Source of the DNA: a virus | Taxonomy: Duplodnaviria; Caudoviricetes | Reading direction: 5' to 3' (one strand) | Virus record (IMG/VR): IMGVR_UViG_3300046382_000011 | Span: 1 to 39,271 of that record | DNA: 39,271 bases | Part shown: piece after piece, positions 7,800-15,638 of the stretch | Numbering within the stretch: the stretch's first letter is position 1 | Layout: every line of letters starts with the position of its first letter | Translations under genes and position numbers: made by a program | The notes under the pieces: model-generated | Databases searched by the model: none | Told to the model about the DNA's origin: nothing | Seen by the model: only the letters and a program-made list of their open reading frames with translations

Positions 7800-9853
7800 A
7801 ACTCTGGTGGGATCTGGAAACGTTCTCCGAAACCCCAATCAACGACGGCTCGCACCGATACGCGGAGAACGCAGAGGTATTGCTTTTCGCGTGGGCGGTC
7901 GATGACGGGCCGGTTCAGTGTTGGGATCGTACCGCGCCGGGGAATTGTCCGGGCGCCCTGTGGGAAGCCCTCCATACTGCTGACGAATATTGGGGGCACA
8001 GTTCCGGCATGTTTGATCGGGTTGTTATGCGTCACGCCATGCCTAAAACCCTGGAACAAATGCCCGAACACAAGCACCGGGACACGAGGGTCCAGGCACT
8101 CTGCCACGGCTTACCCGGTTCGCTAGGCGCGCTTTGCGATATCTTCCGCCTCGATACCGACGTGGCGAAGGACAAGCGCGGCAAGCAACTGATTCGCATG
8201 TTCTGCATGCCGCAGCCTGCTAACCAGAAGCTGCGCCGCAAGACGCGCGAGACGCACCCTGCCGCGTGGGCGGAGTTCATCGAGTACGCGAAGTCGGATA
8301 TCACGTCGATGCGCATCCTGCATCAGAAGATGCCGAAGTGGAACTATCCGAATCACGAATTCGAATTGAAACTCTGGCAACTGGATCAGCGAATCAATAG
8401 TGAGGGAATTTATGTCGATCTTGAACTATCTGCGAAAGCCATCGAAGCGGTCGACGTTGCGCAAGCCGGCCTTGCGAGCGATGTTGCTGAGGCAACATCT
8501 GGCGCCGTCAGTAGCGCGACCCAGCGGGATAAACTTCTTGAATACATCCTGGCTGAGCATAAGGTATCACTCCCCGACATGCGCGGAGATACGCTTGAAC
8601 GTAGACTCGCCGATCCAAATCTCCCCGATGGAGTACGCGAACTGCTGGCCTTACGGCTCATGGCTAGTACATCGTCTGTAAGCAAGTACAAGCGCGTAAT
8701 GCGCTGCACGTCTTCTGACGGCTATCTGCGCGGCGTGATCCAGTTCTCAGGCGCAGGACGCACGGGACGCGATGCAGGCCGCCTGTTCCAGCCACAGAAC
8801 CTGATGCGCCCGACGCTGGAAGCCGAAGAGATCGAGACGGGTATTGAGGCCATCAAGGCGGGCTGCGCAGATCTGGTCACGGACAACGTGATGGAGTTGT
8901 GCGCCAACGCAATGCGCGGCGTCATCATCGCGCCGCCGGGACAGAAGATCGTAGACGTTGACCTGTCGAACATCGAAGGGCGGGTACTGGCATGGCTGGC
9001 GGGCGAAGAGTGGAAGCTACAGGCGTTCCGTGACTTCGATGCAGGAAAGGGGCCCGACCTTTACCTTGCGTCCTACGCGCGCTCGTTCGGCGTTCCTATT
9101 GAACAGGCAAAGCGCCAGGTGGGCAAGGTGCTGGAGCTGGCTATGGGCTTTGGTGGGGGTGTCGGCTCCTTCCTGACGTTCGCTGCCGGCTACGGACTGA
9201 ACCTTGAAGAGATGACCGCCGGCCTGTCGCTTGCGGATGACGTGGTTGCAGAGGCGAAGAACTTCTGGGAATGGTCAGTCGAGACGAAGCGGTCCACGTA
9301 CGGCCTGCCGCAGGAAGTGTTTATTGCCTGCGATTCGCTTAAACGCCTGTGGCGCCGCGCGCATCCGAAGACGGAAGCCATGTGGAAGAGTGATGAAAAC
9401 GCGTTTCGCGATGCCGTGATGAACGAAGGTGAGGAGTTCATCTCCGGTCGTTGCCGGTTCGTCCGGAAAGGCAACTGGCTACGTGCGATCCTGCCAAGCG
9501 GGCGTTCGGTGTCGTATCCCGCGCCTCGCGTAGAAGACAAACTGTCTTACATGGGTCTGAATCAGTACTCGCGGAAGTGGCAAAGGCTCTCAACCTACGG
9601 TGGTAAGCTGACGGAAAATCGCACGCAGGCGGTTGCGCGCGACGTGTTCAAGTCCTGCTATCCGACAGTGCTAGAAGCGGGCTACAGCATCCGTCTCCCG
9701 ATTCACGACCAGTTGATTACGTACGCGCCTGACGGCCTGTTGTACAACGCGAAACATCTTGCGGGGATGATGGCGACGAACCCCGCCTGGGCGCCGGGAT
9801 TGCCCCTGGCTGCGAAGGGCTTCGAGACGTACCGTTTCCGAAAAGAAGATTGA
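7796..9853 (+). CDS. Family A DNA polymerase with 3'-5' exonuclease (APSE/BPP-1 type)
   Basis: DLETFS (ExoI), YAKSDI (ExoIII), GAGRTGR, QPQNL, DLSNIEGRVLAWLAG (motif A), RQVGKVLELAMGFG (B), IHDQ (C); true start ATG 7796 overlaps the upstream stop. Confidence 0.93.
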   Translation: MKLWWDLETFSETPINDGSHRYAENAEVLLFAWAVDDGPVQCWDRTAPGNCPGALWEALHTADEYWGHSSGMFDRVVMRHAMPKTLEQMPEHKHRDTRVQALCHGLPGSLGALCDIFRLDTDVAKDKRGKQLIRMFCMPQPANQKLRRKTRETHPAAWAEFIEYAKSDITSMRILHQKMPKWNYPNHEFELKLWQLDQRINSEGIYVDLELSAKAIEAVDVAQAGLASDVAEATSGAVSSATQRDKLLEYILAEHKVSLPDMRGDTLERRLADPNLPDGVRELLALRLMASTSSVSKYKRVMRCTSSDGYLRGVIQFSGAGRTGRDAGRLFQPQNLMRPTLEAEEIETGIEAIKAGCADLVTDNVMELCANAMRGVIIAPPGQKIVDVDLSNIEGRVLAWLAGEEWKLQAFRDFDAGKGPDLYLASYARSFGVPIEQAKRQVGKVLELAMGFGGGVGSFLTFAAGYGLNLEEMTAGLSLADDVVAEAKNFWEWSVETKRSTYGLPQEVFIACDSLKRLWRRAHPKTEAMWKSDENAFRDAVMNEGEEFISGRCRFVRKGNWLRAILPSGRSVSYPAPRVEDKLSYMGLNQYSRKWQRLSTYGGKLTENRTQAVARDVFKSCYPTVLEAGYSIRLPIHDQLITYAPDGLLYNAKHLAGMMATNPAWAPGLPLAAKGFETYRFRKED

Positions 9854-9878
9854 CATTGCGTTTTGCAATTGCTATAGT
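9850..9878 (+). promoter_or_regulatory. Internal sigma70-like promoter with the shared motif
   Basis: TTGACA-17-TATAGT; contains TTTTGCAATTGCTATAGT; the -35 overlaps the polymerase stop codon. Confidence 0.8.
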
Positions 9879-9903
9879 CTGTTCAACAACCAGGGGGAAC
9901 GAC

Positions 9904-10083
9904 ATGTTCAGCAGAGACACAAAACACTACCGCCCAACGCCTCGCACGACTCAACAGGCGTTCGGCGCGTACCACAACTTCTACACGACCAACACGCCGA
10001 AGAAGCACGAACGGCTGGTTGCGATTGTCGGCGTGCTGTTTGTTGGCGTGGTTCTCGGTTTGCTGTTTGGGTGGAGGGGATAA
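9904..10083 (+). CDS. Small protein with a C-terminal TM helix (59 aa)
   Basis: GGGGG RBS; LVAIVGVLFVGVVLGLLFGW. Confidence 0.65.
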   Translation: MFSRDTKHYRPTPRTTQQAFGAYHNFYTTNTPKKHERLVAIVGVLFVGVVLGLLFGWRG

Positions 10084-10208
10084 TGTTCCATTTTCACAAG
10101 TGGGCTGAATGGGGTGAGCCGAAACAGTGGCAACACTACGGCGGATGGTTCATAACCCGCCGGTGCGAGAAGTGCGGTTTGCTTGAAACGCGCCGGGTGT
10201 ACGTGTGA
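10083..10208 (+). CDS. Small Zn-binding protein (41 aa)
   Basis: MFHFHKW...RRCEKCG; TAATG and GTGA coupling at its ends. Confidence 0.55.
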   Translation: MFHFHKWAEWGEPKQWQHYGGWFITRRCEKCGLLETRRVYV

Positions 10209-10486
10209 CACGTGAATCGGATATCGAAGCGTACTTCGTGAAGCGCGTCAAGGAAGCCGGCGGACTTCAGCGCAAGTTCATTAGCCCCGGCGTGCGCGGC
10301 GTGCCCGACCGTATTGCGATATTCGAAGGGCGAGTCATGTTCGTTGAACTGAAGGCCCCAGGAAAGTTTCTTCGCGCCGACCAGATTCGGGAACATGACA
10401 GACTACGCGCGCATGGCGCGGACACCTACGTTATAGATTGCGAGGAAAGCGTGGATTATTTCATCGAAATGGAGATGACGAAATGA
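10205..10486 (+). CDS. VRR-NUC domain nuclease
   Basis: ESDIE...KFISPGVRGVPDRI...FVELKAPG...Q. Confidence 0.9.
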   Translation: MTRESDIEAYFVKRVKEAGGLQRKFISPGVRGVPDRIAIFEGRVMFVELKAPGKFLRADQIREHDRLRAHGADTYVIDCEESVDYFIEMEMTK

Positions 10487-10566
10487 GCGGACTGTCAATG
10501 TTTATTCTGTGCTGGGGTATTGCGATTCTGTCTTTCGCTTGCGGATGGAGCATGCGTCCGCGATGA
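10483..10566 (+). CDS. Tiny hydrophobic peptide (27 aa)
   Basis: MSGLSMFILCWGIAILSFACGWSMRPR; ATGA overlaps at both ends. Confidence 0.45.
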   Translation: MSGLSMFILCWGIAILSFACGWSMRPR

Positions 10567-10745
10567 AACCAGCCCACATTGTAGATCTGGCAACCGTGCG
10601 CGTATCTGATTCCGAAGAGTGGATAGATATCGAGTGCCGCATGGCGGACGGCCAGAAAGGCGCTTTCGTCCAGGTAGACGCGGCGTTCCCCGAACTGGCG
10701 CACGCCATCGCGAACTTTCTTAACTCGACCGAATGCCCGGTATGA
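10563..10745 (+). CDS. Hypothetical protein (60 aa)
   Basis: ATGA-coupled at both ends. Confidence 0.55.
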   Translation: MKPAHIVDLATVRVSDSEEWIDIECRMADGQKGAFVQVDAAFPELAHAIANFLNSTECPV

Positions 10746-12112
10746 AACTCAGACCGTATCAGGAAATCATTCGCGATTTCATTCTCGAAAAGGAGCGATG
10801 CAATGCATTCGTCCCAATGGGCTTGGGGAAAACTGTTTCGACTCTTAAGGCACTTGAGACGCAAGCGCTTGTCGATGACGCGCCGACGCTTGTGCTGGCC
10901 CCGTTGCGCGTTGCTCAAAGCACGTGGCCTGACGAAGTCAAGAAATGGAATATCTCCCTCCCCCTCACGCCAATTGTCGGCAGTGCGGAGCAGCGCGCGC
11001 AAGCGCTACGTGAGGACTCAGCCATCTTTACGATCAACTACGAAAACGTACCGTGGCTCGTAGACTGGTTCAAGTACAATCCCCGCCCCTGGCCGTTCAA
11101 AACGATAGTGGCGGATGAGGTAACGAAACTTAAAGGCTTCCGCACGCGTCAGGGCACGAAGCGAGCCAAGGCACTAGCGGAAGTCGCACACAAAAAGGTG
11201 GACAGATGGATAGGTTTGACAGGTACTCCAGCGCCCAATGGGCTGAAAGACTTATGGGGCCCGATGTGGTTCGTGGATGGGGGCCAAAGACTTGGCAAGT
11301 CGTTCTCTGCCTTCTCACAGAGATGGTTCCGGAGCAGTTACGACGGCTACGGGCTGGAACCGGTGGAATGCGCGCAGACGGAGATACAGCAGATGATATC
11401 CGACGTGTGCTTATCGCTGGATGCGAAGGACTACTTCAATCTCTCAGAACCGATCCGCAACCGGATAGTTGTGGATCTGCCTTACAAAGCGCGGCAGATG
11501 TACCGGGATATGGAGAAGAAGATGTTCCTGGAGCTGGAGGGGCATCTGGGACCAACGGAAATCGAAGCGCTGAACGCGGCCAGCAAGACGCAGAAGTGCC
11601 TGCAACTGGCAGCGGGCGCGATCTATACCGATGACCAACGCAACTGGCAGGAGGTGCATGATGCAAAGATCCAGGCTCTTGACGACATCATTGAAGAGGC
11701 GAATGGTGCTCCGGTACTGGTCGCTTATCATTTTCGTCACGATCTTCATCGCCTTACTGCCGCTTTTCCTAGGGGCCGCGTTCTGGACAGTGATCCAGAA
11801 ACTATCAGGGCTTGGAACGCTGGGAAAATTCCTGTTCTTTTCGCTCATCCTGCTAGTGCCGGCCACGGTATTTCTTTACAGGATGGCGGAAATATACTGG
11901 TTTTCTTTTCTGTGAACTGGAACCTCGAAGAACACCAGCAGGTGATCGAACGGATAGGACCTGTTAGACAAGCACAATCTGGCCATGATCGCCCCGTATT
12001 TATTCACTACATTCTTGCAAACGACACAGTTGATTTTGACGTACTGGAGCGTCTGGAAAGCAAAAAGACGGTCCAGGAAATCCTTCTTCAAGCGATGAAA
12101 CGACGGAGATGA
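10742..12112 (+). CDS. SNF2-like SF2 helicase
   Basis: LRPYQ, MGLGKT, IVADE, LTGTPAPN, HPASAGHGISLQ, ERIGPVRQ. Confidence 0.92.
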   Translation: MKLRPYQEIIRDFILEKERCNAFVPMGLGKTVSTLKALETQALVDDAPTLVLAPLRVAQSTWPDEVKKWNISLPLTPIVGSAEQRAQALREDSAIFTINYENVPWLVDWFKYNPRPWPFKTIVADEVTKLKGFRTRQGTKRAKALAEVAHKKVDRWIGLTGTPAPNGLKDLWGPMWFVDGGQRLGKSFSAFSQRWFRSSYDGYGLEPVECAQTEIQQMISDVCLSLDAKDYFNLSEPIRNRIVVDLPYKARQMYRDMEKKMFLELEGHLGPTEIEALNAASKTQKCLQLAAGAIYTDDQRNWQEVHDAKIQALDDIIEEANGAPVLVAYHFRHDLHRLTAAFPRGRVLDSDPETIRAWNAGKIPVLFAHPASAGHGISLQDGGNILVFFSVNWNLEEHQQVIERIGPVRQAQSGHDRPVFIHYILANDTVDFDVLERLESKKTVQEILLQAMKRRR

Positions 12113-12113
12113 T

Positions 12114-12479
12114 ATGGCAAACCCTTTTATTGCAGACCCGATGGGCGAAGCGCTTAGCCGATACGGGCAGCGATTGACCGCCTTGGAAGATGCGCAGATG
12201 CGCTACATGCAAAAAACGCTTGAGCTTGAGGCGCGCATGACGCAACTGGAGCGCCTCGTCCTGTATCCCAACGACGTGAAGCAGGATGCAGCCGCGATCA
12301 AAAGTCAAGCCGCGCAGCATCAAGCCACGGAACACCTGTACGCGCCCCTGCGCAGCGATACGCGAGCCGTGATCGATCTGGCAGCGTTCGCGCGCCGCCT
12401 GATCGACATGCAGGACCTCGGCCACGCGGTGACGGATGAGGTACGGGAACTCGCAAAACGGGCTCTGGGGTTGAAATGA
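12114..12479 (+). CDS. Hypothetical coiled-coil protein
   Basis: GGAG RBS; operon position. Confidence 0.65.
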   Translation: MANPFIADPMGEALSRYGQRLTALEDAQMRYMQKTLELEARMTQLERLVLYPNDVKQDAAAIKSQAAQHQATEHLYAPLRSDTRAVIDLAAFARRLIDMQDLGHAVTDEVRELAKRALGLK

Positions 12480-13291
12480 AGCTGTACTCGACAACGGACA
12501 TCGCGGCATCGGTTCGCAAGGCGTATGAGACGTTCACGCATGTCGTGCTGAGTCGCGGTTACACGATCCTGAAGCCCGTATACTTCAAGACGGAAACGAT
12601 TCAGGATCTGGCGCCGCTCTACCAGTACGCCAGTTGGATACCCGCGTCCGCGCCCCAGTTGAAGCGCTGGACGAACCTGGGCGGTGTGCTGATCGAACAG
12701 GACACGCACCCGGCGGACGACTTCCCAAAGGCCGATGTGACGATCATGGTTGAGGCGCCCTACGACATGGACCGCCTGAAGAAGTGCAACTGGAGGAACA
12801 ACGAGTATGGCGTGATTCCGAACCCCGTATCGTGGTCCACGCATGAGGAGTGCATAGACCTACGCTTCCCGACTTCGGAACTGTTACGCGAGATCTGGAC
12901 CGTTGCCAACGGTCAGCCGTTCACAAATCACGAATTGGCGACGGAAACCGGAATCCCTGTCAGCCAGTTGCAGTACATCAAGAATGCGCTGCATCCGGTC
13001 GAGCACTGGTACATTCAGAAGCGCCTGGCGCCGGAGCGCGAAGAGATGCTACCCGCGTGGGAGTGGCTGGAGGCGGGCACGGTGCCGAAGTGGAAAATCA
13101 TCGAATCCGGCCACAAGGCGATGGTTGAAGAGCTTGGCAAGTTCGGCTACATCAACCTGAAACGCTATATGCATTACCCGGCTGAAGAGCCGGATTGGGC
13201 AGTCGTAGACCGCAAGCGGCAACGCGCGCTTAGCGACCTGGCGTCTGTTCGATCGTTAGTGGAGTCACTTCCCGATCATCTCGCAACGTGA
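12476..13291 (+). CDS. Hypothetical protein with a possible central HTH
   Basis: FTNHELATETGIPVSQLQYIKNAL; last gene of the rightward arm. Confidence 0.65.
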   Translation: MKLYSTTDIAASVRKAYETFTHVVLSRGYTILKPVYFKTETIQDLAPLYQYASWIPASAPQLKRWTNLGGVLIEQDTHPADDFPKADVTIMVEAPYDMDRLKKCNWRNNEYGVIPNPVSWSTHEECIDLRFPTSELLREIWTVANGQPFTNHELATETGIPVSQLQYIKNALHPVEHWYIQKRLAPEREEMLPAWEWLEAGTVPKWKIIESGHKAMVEELGKFGYINLKRYMHYPAEEPDWAVVDRKRQRALSDLASVRSLVESLPDHLAT

Positions 13292-13763
13292 TGACGGTTT
13301 GCCGTATCTCTTTAATTCGAGGAGCGTTAGCATGATAGAGAGCATTGAGTTCGGCCAGGGCGTTCTCCGTCTCACTGTTGCCAGCACTCGTCCCCGTTTT
13401 CCCGGTGAGCGCGAGTGCCGCATCGAGCTTAACTTTGGCGAGCGCGGCACTGTCACCGAACTCCATGGTGGCGAGCTTGTGAACTTCATTTATCCCGTCT
13501 ACCCGGAAGGCGCGCATGAGATCCGCAACCTGGTTCTCGAATTGCTCAGCACTCATGCGCGAGTAAGCCGGATCCACCTTTACTGTTTCTATAGCCCCGG
13601 CGAAAGCCTGGAGGGCGGCACTGCGACGGATGAAGATGTCAAGCTCGCGCGGGGTACAGTCTAGCGCGCACGCGGCCAGGAAGATGTCCCCTTTAGCTTC
13701 AGTCAGCGCGGTCTTGATTGACTGTTCGGAGATCAGACCGCTCTTTCGCGCTCTGCTGGTCAT
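13230..13763 (-). CDS. HTH protein, possible terminase small subunit
   Basis: IKTALTEAKGDIFLAACALDCTPREL (Fis-like HTH) followed by a helical region. Confidence 0.45.
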   Translation of the reverse strand: MTSRARKSGLISEQSIKTALTEAKGDIFLAACALDCTPRELDIFIRRSAALQAFAGAIETVKVDPAYSRMSAEQFENQVADLMRAFRVDGINEVHKLATMEFGDSAALAKVKLDAALALTGKTGTSAGNSETENALAELNALYHANAPRIKEIRQTVITLRDDREVTPLTIEQTPGR

Positions 13764-13909
13764 TTCTTACCCTTCGGGATCTTGGCGCCCACCTTGCGGG
13801 CCTGATTCAAGGCGATAGCCACGGCCTGCTTCTGTGGCTTCCCGGCTTTCATCTCGGTCTTGATGTTGTGCTTGACAGCCTCTTTCGATTTACCTTTTGC
13901 GAGTGGCAT
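13760..13909 (-). CDS. Small basic protein (DUF6496-like, 49 aa)
   Basis: MPLAKGKSKEAVKHNIKTEMKAGKPQKQAVAIALNQARK...; the QAVAIAL..AR motif is common in phage basic proteins. Confidence 0.7.
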   Translation of the reverse strand: MPLAKGKSKEAVKHNIKTEMKAGKPQKQAVAIALNQARKVGAKIPKGKK

Positions 13910-13917
13910 GATGACCT

Positions 13918-15261
13918 CTAGTAAGAAAGACCTACCCCGTACCCTAAACGCTGAAGATCCGGAAGTTGTTTCTTCAAACGGCCTGCACCGATGTCCGTTC
14001 TGTAGAAAGGGCTGTTGGGAATCTTCACCTTCTTTATTGCGCTGTACGCACTGCGACGCGCACCCGTTATCGTATCTCCTGTACCTGTGGCAATCAGAAC
14101 GTAGTCCCCTGCGGTCACAGGCCCCGGAAGATCCACCACCTTCCCGTTAATCTCGCGCGGCGTGTCGCCAATCATGACTTCCGAGAAGTGAAGATGCTCC
14201 ATATCTTCCGCATTGTAAATTGGAATCCCGCACAGATCTTTATTCGTTACTTTCGAGTAGGGAAAGTCGGGGAGCGCCATCAGGACGGAGATGGAGACTA
14301 CATCGGTCTTCACCTTCAGCGTGTCGCGCCCGTTCACCAGATCGAGCATCCATTGGGCCTGATCGCCTTCGATCAACGCGGTAAGGTTGTGGCGGATCGG
14401 CCAGCCGTCGCGCATCGTCCACTCCAACGGATAGGGGGTTCCATCGTGCGTTATCATGCAGTTCACATCAACGTAGCCGATGTACCCCACGCGATGGAGA
14501 TGATCTGTAGCCGGCTTGAGTACCTGGTCAGCCAGTTTCGACTTCTTCACGACGCGCACAGTAGTGCCCATCTCGCCCGTATTCACGCCGAGATCGCCGT
14601 TCATCAGTTTCTTATTCTCCCAGTTCTCAACCCATCCTGCTTCGGACCATCCAGCAGGCCCGAACCACCCGCCCACGGCCATCTCCATCCCGTCAATCTT
14701 CTCCTGGAGAATAAATCCGTCTTCTTTGGCCGATTTGACGTATTTAGGGACTGTTTTCCAGCGCTGAAGCATGTAGACCAGATCCGCCGCCGAGTTCGCA
14801 ACATAGGACATTGCCCGCTCGCCGTCACCGGACGGCTTGGAGACAAACGCTTTACCCTGCTTTTTTACGTAGGCGATAGCTGAGTCGTAGTCGTGGAACG
14901 TCTTGCCATCGATGCACGGCATGCCGCAATCTTCCATGACCTTCTGGCCTATCTCGCGGTCGAGCTCCCATTCAACGGCATCCAGATTGCAACCGAAGAT
15001 GGGGTACCCGATACGCCGGAAGGGTTCCAGCAGGTCGAGATAGTGCGTGTTGTCAGGCGTGTAGATGAGATCCGCCCATCCGATCCACTTCTTGCGAAGC
15101 TCGTTGAAATCGCGGATCTTTGTGACGAACCCTTCACCCGCGTGGCTGTCCGTGCCGTCAGGACGCGGTTTGTCGTACCAACGTACCTCATGTCCTTGCA
15201 TCTGCCAGCGCATGCACAGGTCAAGCGCGTTCGAACCGACATCGATTACTAGTATTTTCAT
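13918..15261 (-). CDS. PurD (GAR synthetase)-like ATP-grasp ligase
   Basis: ELDREIGQKVM, FVSKPSG, ILQEKIDGMEM, ENKKLMNGDLGVNTGEMG (cf. PurD DHKR..DGD.GPNTGGMG), LEWTMRDGWP (cf. LEFN.RFGDP), FYRTDIG. Confidence 0.8.
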   Translation of the reverse strand: MKILVIDVGSNALDLCMRWQMQGHEVRWYDKPRPDGTDSHAGEGFVTKIRDFNELRKKWIGWADLIYTPDNTHYLDLLEPFRRIGYPIFGCNLDAVEWELDREIGQKVMEDCGMPCIDGKTFHDYDSAIAYVKKQGKAFVSKPSGDGERAMSYVANSAADLVYMLQRWKTVPKYVKSAKEDGFILQEKIDGMEMAVGGWFGPAGWSEAGWVENWENKKLMNGDLGVNTGEMGTTVRVVKKSKLADQVLKPATDHLHRVGYIGYVDVNCMITHDGTPYPLEWTMRDGWPIRHNLTALIEGDQAQWMLDLVNGRDTLKVKTDVVSISVLMALPDFPYSKVTNKDLCGIPIYNAEDMEHLHFSEVMIGDTPREINGKVVDLPGPVTAGDYVLIATGTGDTITGARRSAYSAIKKVKIPNSPFYRTDIGAGRLKKQLPDLQRLGYGVGLSY

Positions 15262-15278
15262 TTTGCATCTGCTATAGT
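15250..15278 (+). promoter_or_regulatory. Promoter with the shared motif, antisense to the late arm
   Basis: TTTTGCATCTGCTATAGT (15261-15278); extended -10; weak -35 TAGTAT. Confidence 0.6.
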
Positions 15279-15303
15279 GGTCGTAACTACCTGGGAGATC
15301 ACC

Positions 15304-15426
15304 ATGTCTAAAACCGCAATCGTCATGTTAAGCCTTCGTCACTATCTGAACAATCCGAACGCCAAAGATATGCACCTGCTTTGCTCCATCTATGCCGCTC
15401 GCCTCATCAGCGGAAAGTACGACTAA
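15304..15426 (+). CDS. Small hypothetical protein (40 aa)
   Basis: GGGAG RBS; MSKTAIVMLSLRHYLNNPNAKDMHLLCSIYAARLISGKYD. Confidence 0.55.
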   Translation: MSKTAIVMLSLRHYLNNPNAKDMHLLCSIYAARLISGKYD

Positions 15427-15437
15427 AGGAGACGGAC

Positions 15438-15638
15438 GTGAAATTCCTTGGCTTCTCCCTACTCGCTCTGATTGCTCTTTTTGCAATCGGATCGTTTCTC
15501 GCTCCCTTTGCCGCAATCATCTACGCGCTATTCACGTTTTCCCTATCAGAGATCATCAAGGGCGCATTGATTCTTTACGTGGCCATGATACCGGTTAGCA
15601 TGATTCTCGACGCCAAAAAGCGCGTAGATCACGGCTGA
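15438..15638 (+). CDS. Small two-TM membrane protein (66 aa)
   Basis: AAGGAG RBS, GTG start; almost entirely hydrophobic. Confidence 0.6.
   Translation: MKFLGFSLLALIALFAIGSFLAPFAAIIYALFTFSLSEIIKGALILYVAMIPVSMILDAKKRVDHG

Noticed and set aside
13918-15261. Calling the ATP-grasp gene purD (auxiliary purine metabolism)
   Set aside because: PRA/glycine-binding motifs are altered and no other pur genes are present; gene symbol withheld
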